A stretch of DNA of 24,644 nt from Candidatus Thorarchaeota archaeon (GTDB lineage Archaea > Asgardarchaeota > Thorarchaeia > Thorarchaeales > Thorarchaeaceae). The translations under genes and the position numbers were made by a program. The DNA is taken from assembly GCA_029858305.1 (NCBI GenBank), contig JAOUFI010000029.1, forward strand, positions 1 to 24,644, in the 5' to 3' direction. Positions 16,177 to 24,644 of the stretch are shown here, piece by piece (positions within the stretch are counted from its first letter, which is position 1; the number at the start of each line of letters is the position of its first letter). A model generated the notes under the pieces. That model worked only from the letters and a program-made list of their open reading frames with translations. It did no database searches and was not told where the DNA came from.

Positions 16177-18132
16177 TTATACGTAGGGGCTGTAAGCTTC
16201 TCCCGCATCGTAGCCAGCATAGTCCTTGTACATGTGATAGAAGTAGAAGGAATACACTCCTGACAATGGGTTCCACTTCAGACCGTCACCATGCACCCAA
16301 GTTCTCCAGACTCTCAACTCACCTTGCTGATATGTCCAGAGGTATGGGTAGTCATCGGCCATAGCCTGTAGAATCCAACTATAGAGCTTTGTACGTTCTG
16401 TGACATTAGCGGTCTTAGCTTGCATGTACCAGGCATCAACGTTGGTGTTGTTGTAACGGATTCTGTATCCGTTTGTCCCACGGCTGTAGCCGAATGGGAA
16501 GATGAAGTTATCAGGATCAGGGTAGTCTGGTCCCCAACCAACGAAGAAGAGCATGACCTGTCTGTAACGAGTGTAGGCCAAGTAGTTTGACCACTCTAGA
16601 GCCTGAACGGTAACAGTGACACCATCTGGGAAGGCGGTCATGTTCGCGTCATCATGAGCAAGGACATCCTCTAGACCATCCTTAATCAGCAGACAACCTT
16701 GCTCACGCTCGGTGTTTCCGCTGTTGTAGAACAATTGAATGGTGTTAGGTGCTGCTGTGCCTGTGCTAGTAAGAGTACCAGCCATATTAGCTAGGAAGGT
16801 GGGATCTAGTACTGCTTCGTTCCACATCTCTACAGCCCTTGTAATGTTGTATTGGATATCTGTAAAGGCTGTAGTGTTGTATCCTAGTAGTCCGAGCGGA
16901 ATTGGACCAGAGTCAGCTCTGAAACCAAAGCCTTGGACTGCTGCAGCCAAGAACGCATTGTAGTCGAAAGCGTATGATACACATTTCCTTATTGCTAGAT
17001 TCTGGAATGGGCTGTTGTAGAATGTACCAGCAGTTGTGTTGACCTGAGCTAGGTTGAATCCCATGAAGGTCAAACCATAGCCATATCCTGCCTTTGAGAG
17101 GTAGATAGTCTCAGGATACAATGATGCGGCAGTGACGTTGTTATAGACATCCTGTGCATTGGTTCTTGGAACCAAAACTGCATCTGATGTGCCTGCTCTG
17201 AGATTTAGGATCCTACCGGTTACATCCTCGTTAGTTCTGAGGTAAATATGCTTGATTGAGCCAGCATATGTTGGAGCACTAAAGGTTCTCCAGTAGTCTG
17301 TATTCAATTCCAGATGAATGTATGAGTCAGGAATCCACTCTGTGAGCATGTAAGGACCTGTTCCACATGTATGAGTGACCATGTAGTTTGGATCTGATAT
17401 TGGATCTTGCAAGTAGTCTACGCCGAAGGTGTCCCAAGTTGTGAATCCCTCGTCTGCGTGAGCCAACACAAATGTTGGGCTCATCATGGCGCTAGCAGTG
17501 TAGGTCAGGATTGGCATGAAGTAGCCGAATGAATCCGTCAAAACAAACCTCACTGTGAACTCGTCAATTACTTCAATTCCTTCGCCACTTTCGACCCAGG
17601 CATCAAAGGTCTCTTGGAACAGAGTTGCGTTGCCACTGAAGGCTGCATCTTCTACTGCTTGACCACCAACGACGCACTCAGCGATCATCCAGAATGGACC
17701 ATCAAGGTAGAACATTTTTGCTGCTCTGTAGATGTTCCACTGCACAACACTGGCGTTAAATGGTGTTCCATCGTGGAATACAACATTTTGCCTAAGCGCA
17801 ATGGTGTAGTTCTTCCCACTGTCTGCTATTACCGGAGCAGATGCTGCCAAGTTTGGCCGCAAATCCGCTGTTTGGGTACTTTCACTCCCAAATGGGGGTG
17901 AATACAACGTCTCATAGACGTTATAGAATACAAAACCACCATAGTTCTCATAATCTGCGTGTGGGTCCATAAACTGGGGGTTGCCTATTGTTTCAAATAC
18001 GAAAGTGTCCTCAAGTGGACGTGATGGTCCGGTCATGAGGAGAAAAGCAACACCAGCGCCCGCCACGACGACTATAATGACGACGATGGCTATTAACTGA
18101 TTTCTTTCCAAAGTTTTTTGTTCCTCCTTCAT
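16177..18132 (-). CDS. dppA: Peptide/nickel ABC transporter substrate-binding protein (family 5, DppA/OppA-like)
   Basis: MDPH, NVYETL, LRQNVVFHDGTPFNA, GTGPYML, IRKCVSYAFD, GWGPDYPDPDNF. N-terminal TM anchor, no lipobox. Divergent from dppBCDF. Confidence 0.93.
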   Translation of the reverse strand: MKEEQKTLERNQLIAIVVIIVVVAGAGVAFLLMTGPSRPLEDTFVFETIGNPQFMDPHADYENYGGFVFYNVYETLYSPPFGSESTQTADLRPNLAASAPVIADSGKNYTIALRQNVVFHDGTPFNASVVQWNIYRAAKMFYLDGPFWMIAECVVGGQAVEDAAFSGNATLFQETFDAWVESGEGIEVIDEFTVRFVLTDSFGYFMPILTYTASAMMSPTFVLAHADEGFTTWDTFGVDYLQDPISDPNYMVTHTCGTGPYMLTEWIPDSYIHLELNTDYWRTFSAPTYAGSIKHIYLRTNEDVTGRILNLRAGTSDAVLVPRTNAQDVYNNVTAASLYPETIYLSKAGYGYGLTFMGFNLAQVNTTAGTFYNSPFQNLAIRKCVSYAFDYNAFLAAAVQGFGFRADSGPIPLGLLGYNTTAFTDIQYNITRAVEMWNEAVLDPTFLANMAGTLTSTGTAAPNTIQLFYNSGNTEREQGCLLIKDGLEDVLAHDDANMTAFPDGVTVTVQALEWSNYLAYTRYRQVMLFFVGWGPDYPDPDNFIFPFGYSRGTNGYRIRYNNTNVDAWYMQAKTANVTERTKLYSWILQAMADDYPYLWTYQQGELRVWRTWVHGDGLKWNPLSGVYSFYFYHMYKDYAGYDAGEAYSPYV

Positions 18133-18503
18133 TAAAACTGAAGTTGGTTTGCTAAGTTATAGATTGGATTGTGATCACATAGGGTTGAATCATCCACCGC
18201 GATGTGTTAGAATATCAACCCATGGTATCAACGACTTGTGAAGCAGAACGTTATAAAGCTACGGTTTTCAGAGACGGTTTGTGAGGATATCGTTATTCGT
18301 ATGTCTGGTTTTGAGATTACCACTGTAGGCTCAAAACAGCATTATCCGAGATTCCCGCAATTCGAACCAGACACCCATTTCTTAAGCCCTAGATGGCTCT
18401 AATTTCACCGAGAACCATAGACTTAAAAACTGGCCACGCTCAACTTGCGCTCCAGAAGCACATAGCTGGATGCGCTAGAGCAATCCGGAGAGTGATTTGG
18501 CAC

Positions 18504-19529
18504 ATGAGACTAAGAGACTATGTGATAAGACGACTTCTACTTGCGATTCCTGTAGTCATTGGTGTTCTTGCCATCACATTTGTTCTTGCATATGTGATGG
18601 GAGACCCAGTAGGTATTTACACACAGGAGAGAACAAGTCCAGAAGCAGTTGAAGCTATCAGGCGTGCTCACGGTCTGGACCGACCACTATATGAGCAGTT
18701 CTTCTTTTACTTGAGGGATCTAGCTTCAGGTGACTGGGGTTACTCAGTAAGTGCTCGCCTGCCTGTCACTCAAGTCATTGCTACTCGACTTCCCGCAACA
18801 ATCGAGCTCTCCCTCTTTGCCATAGTATTTGCTATCGCTCTTGGTATTCCACTTGGCATACTCTCTGCGACGAAGAAGGATCGATGGCCTGACCATGTTA
18901 CTCGTGTTGTTGCACTGGCAGGGGTATCAATGCCGATTTTCTGGTTTGCACTTATGCTAAAATACGTGTTCTTCTTCCAGTTCTATATGGCAGGTCTACC
19001 TGCTCTACCCGAGGGAGGTAGATACACATTTACTGTACTCCCATACACCCCGATAACTGGTTTCCTCTTAATTGACTCCATAATAACATTAAATCCAGTT
19101 CTCTTTATGGATGGTCTGGTTCACCTCATACTTCCAGGATTTGCCCTTGGCTACTTGACATTAGCAATTATCACACGTATGATGCGTTCTAGTATGTTGG
19201 AGGTGCTAAAGGAGGATTACATCACACTAGCAAGATCGAAGGGCTTACGGGAGAGAGTTGTGATTTACAGACATGCCTTGCGAAACGCCATGATACCCAC
19301 GGTCACGGTGATAGGCCTTGCCTTTGGAGGTCTCATGTCTGGTGCTGTGCTCACAGAAACGATATTCAGTTGGCCAGGGCTAGGTCGTTGGTCAACTCGT
19401 GCGATTCTGAATTCCGACATCCCAAGTATCAATGCTTTCACATTGCTCGTGGCTTTCATATTCGTGGGAGCTAATTTAGTCGTTGATCTTGTCTATGGTG
19501 CATTGGATCCCAGAATAAGATATGGATAG
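18504..19529 (+). CDS. dppB: Peptide ABC transporter permease
   Basis: MRLRDYVIRRLLLAIPV start, GLDRPLYEQF, RLPATIEL, EAA loop DYITLARSKGL, LDPRIRY. ATG 18504 is preferred over 18393. Confidence 0.95.
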   Translation: MRLRDYVIRRLLLAIPVVIGVLAITFVLAYVMGDPVGIYTQERTSPEAVEAIRRAHGLDRPLYEQFFFYLRDLASGDWGYSVSARLPVTQVIATRLPATIELSLFAIVFAIALGIPLGILSATKKDRWPDHVTRVVALAGVSMPIFWFALMLKYVFFFQFYMAGLPALPEGGRYTFTVLPYTPITGFLLIDSIITLNPVLFMDGLVHLILPGFALGYLTLAIITRMMRSSMLEVLKEDYITLARSKGLRERVVIYRHALRNAMIPTVTVIGLAFGGLMSGAVLTETIFSWPGLGRWSTRAILNSDIPSINAFTLLVAFIFVGANLVVDLVYGALDPRIRYG

Positions 19530-20826
19530 GAGGTTGTATAGATTGACAAAAATGGATACAAAGCAATATTCCGAGGAGATAGAAGAGACTAGCTCTTCGA
19601 TAAAGTACTTCGTTTATTTCATCTTGGTCTTGGGATTCATTAATGTAATAGCTGGATTTGTAAACATAATAGATGCCCTCCTTCTCTATGATATTGGAAC
19701 CATCAACGAAATAGGCCTAATGGGTAATATTGCCACTGGCTCAATTGCAGCAATTGTGATTGGAATACTGCTGCTTCCTATTGGGCTTGGCGTACGAGAT
19801 CTTGAGAATTGGGCTTTCCCATGGGTGCTCTATGCCAACCTGCTGGCGATTCTATTGTTTTTGGTGAATGGGGGCTTCATTGTTTATATTGGATTATTCA
19901 ATCTATTCGCAATTATCTTGCTCATGACCCCTCAAATACGCGCGTTTTGGTGGAAACTTTATATGGAGGACATGGGTCCACGAGCAAAGGAGACGCGCTA
20001 CACCCTTTACCTCATAAGGAAGAGCCCGCTGGTTGTTGCTGGAATCATTATTATTGCGGTCTACATTTGTTTAGCCATTTTCGCTCCATACATTACTCCC
20101 TATGGTCCCACTGAGAGGGAGTGGTACAATTTTCTTCAAGCTCCGAGTCCCCAACACATATGGGGAACTGACCAGAATGGCGGCGATGTGTTTAGCATGG
20201 TTATCTGGGCTACACAAGTTGACCTCAAGATTGCGATATCAGTAGTAGCGGTTGCATTGGTAGTCGGGGCATTCATTGGAGCAGCAGCAGGCTACTTCGG
20301 AGGTGCAGTTGATGAAATCGTTATGAGAATAACCGATGTCTTCTTTGCATTCCCTGGACTCATTCTTGCAATGGCGATAGTATCTGCACTTGGCGCAAGA
20401 AACCTCGATAATATTAGTATCGCACTGATGCTGGTCTGGTGGCCCACCTACGCACGTCTTGTGCGTGGGCAGGTATTGATTGAACGAGAGAAGCTATACG
20501 TCGAGGCCGCACGGTCAGTAGGTGCCTCGGATATGAGGATTCTAGCTTTTCACATCCTCCCTAATACTATTCAACCTGTAATAGTTCAAGCGACTCTCGA
20601 TATGGGTGGAGTACTACTCACTGCAGCTGGCTTGAGCTTCATCGGTTTCGGAGCAGAGGCTGGGAGTGCTGAGTGGGGACTAATGATCGCACAAGGTCAG
20701 AATCATTTTGCACAATACTGGGTAACACTCTTTCCCGGACTAGCTATACTATTCTGTGCTCTGTCATTTAATCTGGTTGGTGATGGGGTGCGTGATATAC
20801 TAGATCCAAAGCTCAGGAGAAGATAG
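19522..20826 (+). CDS. dppC: Peptide ABC transporter permease with an extra N-terminal membrane domain
   Basis: HIWGTDQNGGD, YVEAARSVGAS, HILPN, FNLVGDGVRDILDPK. Start could be 19522, TTG 19543 (after AGGAGG) or 19552. Confidence 0.93.
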   Translation: MDRRLYRLTKMDTKQYSEEIEETSSSIKYFVYFILVLGFINVIAGFVNIIDALLLYDIGTINEIGLMGNIATGSIAAIVIGILLLPIGLGVRDLENWAFPWVLYANLLAILLFLVNGGFIVYIGLFNLFAIILLMTPQIRAFWWKLYMEDMGPRAKETRYTLYLIRKSPLVVAGIIIIAVYICLAIFAPYITPYGPTEREWYNFLQAPSPQHIWGTDQNGGDVFSMVIWATQVDLKIAISVVAVALVVGAFIGAAAGYFGGAVDEIVMRITDVFFAFPGLILAMAIVSALGARNLDNISIALMLVWWPTYARLVRGQVLIEREKLYVEAARSVGASDMRILAFHILPNTIQPVIVQATLDMGGVLLTAAGLSFIGFGAEAGSAEWGLMIAQGQNHFAQYWVTLFPGLAILFCALSFNLVGDGVRDILDPKLRRR

Positions 20827-20834
20827 AACAGGAG

Positions 20835-22061
20835 ATGAATGATATGGTAGCTTCTCAAGATGATACATCCATAGAAACAACGAACGACATTCGGTTAGAC
20901 TCAGATACCTTATTACTGGTAAGGGGGCTCAAAACGAATTTCTATACATACGAAGGCGTAGTTAAGGCATTGGACAATGTGCAGTTCGAACTGAAACGTG
21001 GTGACACGTTAGCCATCGTTGGAGAAACTGGATGCGGCAAGAGTGTTACAGCGAAATCGATTCTTCGCTTGGTCGACTCTCCAGGTAGGATTGAGGAGGG
21101 ACAAATCCTCTTTCAAGATGTCAATGAGGAGGGTGAGAATGTCATCATAGATCTTCTTCAGTCCACTGAGGATGAGATGCGCAAGATACGCGGCAATAAA
21201 ATCGCTATTGTCTTTCAAGATCCTGCGACATATCCAAACCCGGTCTTCAGAATTGGAGACCAGATAGCAGAAGTAATTGCACTTCACCAAGATCTATCTC
21301 GAGATGTTCTCGAAATGAAGATTGCACGGTTGGAAGATGCACTGAGAACCAACCCGGACGCTGAGAATGTTGAAGAGATAACCACAAGAATTGAGGAATA
21401 CAAGTCACAACTAGACTCACCGCCGCCTCCAACTGACAAGGAAAAGAAGGAGGCCGCAAAGAAAAGGACAGTTGAAACACTCAAACTTGTGCGAATGCCC
21501 TCTGCGGAACAGACAATTAATCAATACCCACATGAGCTGTCTGGTGGGATGAGACAGAGAGCATTGATAGCTATGGCTCTCTCATGCAATCCAAGAATAC
21601 TAATTGCTGATGAGGCGACAACAGCACTTGATGTGACAGTCCAAGCTCAGGTTCTAAAGTTGTTAAACGTTCTCAAAACTGAACTTGATGCATCGATTAT
21701 CATTATCACACACGATCTTGGTGTGGTTGCAGAAACATGCACAAGGGTCGCTGTAATGTACGCTGGCGTAGTTGTTGAATACACAAATACAGACGAGCTC
21801 TTCTCAGACCCAATACACCCATACACAAGCGGTCTCCTTAGGGCAATTCCAAAAATCACTGAGAAAGTGGAACACCTGCTCCAGATCACAGGAACTGTAC
21901 CAAACCTCATCCATCCCCCAAGTGGTTGCCGATTCCATCCGAGATGCGAGTTTGCGACTGAGATCTGTGCTCAGCAAAGACCTCCTAGAGAAGAGATTAA
22001 ACCAGCACACTGGATCGAGTGCCATCATCCGCAAGGATCAATGAAGGGGAGGAAAAGATAG
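20835..22061 (+). CDS. dppD: Peptide ABC transporter ATP-binding protein
   Basis: Walker A GETGCGKS, signature LSGGMRQR, Walker B ILIADE, ITHD, HPYT, C-terminal CRFHPRC. Confidence 0.95.
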   Translation: MNDMVASQDDTSIETTNDIRLDSDTLLLVRGLKTNFYTYEGVVKALDNVQFELKRGDTLAIVGETGCGKSVTAKSILRLVDSPGRIEEGQILFQDVNEEGENVIIDLLQSTEDEMRKIRGNKIAIVFQDPATYPNPVFRIGDQIAEVIALHQDLSRDVLEMKIARLEDALRTNPDAENVEEITTRIEEYKSQLDSPPPPTDKEKKEAAKKRTVETLKLVRMPSAEQTINQYPHELSGGMRQRALIAMALSCNPRILIADEATTALDVTVQAQVLKLLNVLKTELDASIIIITHDLGVVAETCTRVAVMYAGVVVEYTNTDELFSDPIHPYTSGLLRAIPKITEKVEHLLQITGTVPNLIHPPSGCRFHPRCEFATEICAQQRPPREEIKPAHWIECHHPQGSMKGRKR

Positions 22062-22064
22062 AAG

Positions 22065-23096
22065 ATGACTTCGAGTGAAGAATTAATCCAAGTTCGTAAT
22101 CTGAAGAAGTATTTCCAACTCACCGGTGGTGTCTTTAGAAAAGTCATGGGCTATGTAAGAGCTGTAGACGATGTTACCTTCGATATCTATAGAGGTGAAA
22201 CCCTTGGCTTGGTAGGCGAATCCGGTTGCGGAAAAACCACCTGTGGCAGAACTATTATGCATCTCATTCCAAAAACCGCAGGAGAGATAATCTTCGAGGG
22301 GAAAGATGTTTCTGAAATTAAAGGCGGAGATCTTCGTGAGTTTCGAAAGAATATGGGTATTGTATTTCAAGATCCAATGGCTTCCCTTGATCCTCGAATC
22401 ACTATCAAGAACGCTGTTGGGGAACCCCTTCTTGTCAACGGTATTGCGAAAGGATTCCGTTTACGTAATATGGTTCTTGAGCTGCTTCAGAAGGTAGGAC
22501 TGAGTGAGGATCACTTGAATCGTTTCCCACATGAGTTCTCAGGTGGACAAAGACAAAGGATTTGCATTGCACGTGCCTTAGCACTTAACCCGAAGTTCAT
22601 CGTTATGGATGAACCAACCAGTAGTACCGATGTTTCTGTTCAAGCTCAGACACTCAATCTTATGAAAGATCTTCAGAAGGAATTCAACCTCACATATCTA
22701 TTCATCTCTCATAATCTTAGTGTTGTCAAACATATGAGTGATCGAGTCGCTGTAATGTACCTTGGAAAAATTGTTGAAATGACGCCCGGAGATATATTCG
22801 AGGATGCTATGCATCCATATTCGGCAGCGCTAGTGTCCGCCGTTCCTGTGCCTGATCCGAGTCTTCGAGGGCGTGCTCACATACTTGCTGGTGAGGTGCC
22901 TAGTCCTATCAATCCGCCGTCTGGCTGCAGATTTCATCCGCGTTGTCGCTTTGCAAAAGAACGATGTATGGAAGAAATACCCGAGCTGCGGGACATGGGT
23001 GGAGGGCAACTTGTGGCTTGTCACTTTGCAGGTGAGCTGGATTTGGGCTATAAGGAGGAGTTGGATGCTTCCTCAACATTAGCCGTCGAAGCATAG
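22065..23096 (+). CDS. dppF: Peptide ABC transporter ATP-binding protein
   Basis: Walker [38 protein letters not shown]...VACH. Confidence 0.95.
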   Translation: MTSSEELIQVRNLKKYFQLTGGVFRKVMGYVRAVDDVTFDIYRGETLGLVGESGCGKTTCGRTIMHLIPKTAGEIIFEGKDVSEIKGGDLREFRKNMGIVFQDPMASLDPRITIKNAVGEPLLVNGIAKGFRLRNMVLELLQKVGLSEDHLNRFPHEFSGGQRQRICIARALALNPKFIVMDEPTSSTDVSVQAQTLNLMKDLQKEFNLTYLFISHNLSVVKHMSDRVAVMYLGKIVEMTPGDIFEDAMHPYSAALVSAVPVPDPSLRGRAHILAGEVPSPINPPSGCRFHPRCRFAKERCMEEIPELRDMGGGQLVACHFAGELDLGYKEELDASSTLAVEA

Positions 23097-23162
23097 TTAA
23101 GTTTTCAAGCATTCAAGTAGGCAACACGTTAATGTGTTCTATTCTCAGTGGAGAAGAGAAAA

Positions 23163-23357
23163 ATGGAAGATGAGGATAAGGATGAAGAATTCGACTGGTC
23201 TAATTATGGCGATTTCGAGCGTCAAGGTCAAGTCGATCTAGAAGGTCAAGATATACTGGCGATTTGTATAGCATCTCTCCAGACCATATTCCTTCCCCTC
23301 TTGATTCTCACAGCTTTCCTCTTGGTTGTAGGTATTTTGATGGGACTCATCCTCTAG
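23163..23357 (+). CDS. Small membrane protein with acidic N-terminus
   Basis: MEDEDKDEEFDWS... followed by a ~35-aa hydrophobic C-terminus. Start ATG 23163 (GGAG upstream) or GTG 23148. Confidence 0.6.
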   Translation: MEDEDKDEEFDWSNYGDFERQGQVDLEGQDILAICIASLQTIFLPLLILTAFLLVVGILMGLIL

Positions 23358-23503
23358 TCGCAGTAGGAAATGTTCAGAAATACGGTCTATAGAAACAGCT
23401 TTCATTTCTTCTCTCAGTTTCTATTTCGGATGAAAAAAGACAATGATTGATGTTTTGAATATCTATCCTTTGAGTCAATGCTCGGTACGAAAGTGTGTAA
23501 CAG

Positions 23504-23527
23504 CGAAAGAATATTAACCATGGTTAA
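23504..23527 (+). promoter_or_regulatory. Putative BRE/TATA promoter overlapped by a 14-bp palindrome upstream of fprA
   Basis: CGAAAGA-ATATTAA (23504-23517) and perfect palindrome TTAACCATGGTTAA (23514-23527). Confidence 0.4.
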
Positions 23528-23601
23528 CATGGCAGTTAATAATTATGAAGGGGAAGGTCTTTTACCTTCTACTTTCTGAGATTAGAGCACAGGTGGATAT
23601 A

Positions 23602-24644
23602 TTGCATAGAGAGCTCACTAAGGGTGTATATTACGTTGGTGTAGATGACCACCACACTGAATTATTTGAGAATCTTTGGAAACTGCCTTTTGGCGTTTCA
23701 TATAATAGCTATCTAATTGTGGATGAGAAGATTGCTATCGTTGAAACTGTAAAGGGCCCATGGGCTGAGGAATGGTTAGATAATATTCGCGAGATAGTGG
23801 ACCCTGCAAAGATTGACTACATCATCCTAAATCATATGGAACCAGATCATACGAGTGCATTGCCTGATATTGCTAAAATCGCTCCCAATGCTACACTGGT
23901 CTACACACCTCGAGCTTCGGATATGCGCAAGTCCTTCTACGATGTTGACCTCAAGGAACGTATCGTCGAAGACTTAGAGGAACTCTCACTCGGCAAGAAG
24001 ACACTGAAGTTTGTTCATGTCCCCTTTGTCCATTGGCCTGAAACCATGGCGACATGGCTGGCTGAGGATGGAGTCTTGTTCAGTTGTGATGCCTTTGGAG
24101 CTTTTGGAGCTTTAAATGGAAAACACTTTGATGATGAAGCTAATATGGAGCTAGTCGAGAAGGAGAGCAAGAGGTATGTTTCTGCAATTATTACATCCTA
24201 CTTCAAGTTCGTACAGAGTGCCATCAAGAAAGTAAAGGATCTTGGAATCAAAATCAGGATTATTGCGCCAAGTCATGGTGTTATCTATCGGAAGGACCCA
24301 ATGTGGGTCGTTGACAAATTCGATGAGTGGAGTAGCCCTGAACTTGAGAAGAACTGCACTATTGTGTATGGAACGATGTACGGGTACACTCATCGTCTGG
24401 CGATGAAGCTCAAGAAAGAGTTGCTCGAGTTAGGAGTTGATGTCAAAGTTCACAACGTTTCTTACAGTGAAATGAGCAAGATAATAACTGATACAGTTCG
24501 GGCAGGAGTCATTGTTCTTGGATCACCAACATATGATGCCTTTCCCTTCCCAAAAATTTGGGCCTATGTTAATGAGTTGCAGGGCAAACGCTTTACGCCA
24601 AGACCTATTGGTCTCTTTGGAACATTCGGCTGGGGGGGCGGGTG
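23602..24644 (+). CDS. fprA: Flavodiiron protein (FprA/A-type flavoprotein), truncated by the window end
   Basis: Read manually; not in the ORF track because there is no stop. TTG after AGGTGG; GVYYVGVDD, GVSYNSYLI, NHMEPDH, VHWPETM, LFSCDAFG, IAPSHG; flavodoxin domain YGTMYGYT, GSPTY, FGTFGWGGG. Confidence 0.95.
   Translation, partial: MHRELTKGVYYVGVDDHHTELFENLWKLPFGVSYNSYLIVDEKIAIVETVKGPWAEEWLDNIREIVDPAKIDYIILNHMEPDHTSALPDIAKIAPNATLVYTPRASDMRKSFYDVDLKERIVEDLEELSLGKKTLKFVHVPFVHWPETMATWLAEDGVLFSCDAFGAFGALNGKHFDDEANMELVEKESKRYVSAIITSYFKFVQSAIKKVKDLGIKIRIIAPSHGVIYRKDPMWVVDKFDEWSSPELEKNCTIVYGTMYGYTHRLAMKLKKELLELGVDVKVHNVSYSEMSKIITDTVRAGVIVLGSPTYDAFPFPKIWAYVNELQGKRFTPRPIGLFGTFGWGGG

Noticed and set aside
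18393-18503. N-terminal extension of DppB
   Set aside because: The canonical DppB N-terminus begins at ATG 18504, with GGAGAGTGA upstream.
6272-24644. NADH oxidoreductase and FprA as one electron-transfer system
   Set aside because: They are 16 kb apart, no rubredoxin is visible, and the reductase is the single-Cys CoADR/Nox type.
1-24644. CRISPR array, tRNA/rRNA, transposase, integrase or defence island
   Set aside because: No regularly spaced direct repeats, cloverleafs, rRNA signatures or recombinase motifs seen.

Overview
A 24.6 kb gene-dense prokaryotic window, most likely archaeal. This is inferred from N-terminally membrane-anchored surface proteins with no lipobox, many N-x-S/T sequons and TTG/GTG starts; an Asgard/Thorarchaeota-like source is plausible but unproven. 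Left to right: the 3' end of a membrane protein; a ~1,880-aa surface protein (two FG-GAP/VCBS-like Ca2+-binding propeller regions, six Ig-like repeats, a 7-TM C-terminal domain, an acidic tail); a CoA-disulfide reductase/NADH oxidase-family flavoprotein; a degenerate macrodomain, an AF1521-like macrodomain and a divergent Nudix hydrolase; a YgeW/AOTCase-like carbamoyltransferase; a penicillin acylase-family Ntn hydrolase with a small membrane partner; a GOLD/p24-like protein; a DUF5658-like membrane protein; a Dpp/Opp peptide ABC transporter with atypical DppC and DppD; a small membrane protein; and a truncated FprA flavodiiron gene absent from the ORF track. I found no rRNA, tRNA, CRISPR array or mobile element. 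The best candidate for new biology is the propeller-Ig-7TM protein, whose layout resembles an adhesion receptor. Next are the macrodomain/pseudo-macrodomain/Nudix module, the carbamoyltransferase and the p24-like protein. All family calls come from motif recognition by eye, not database searches.
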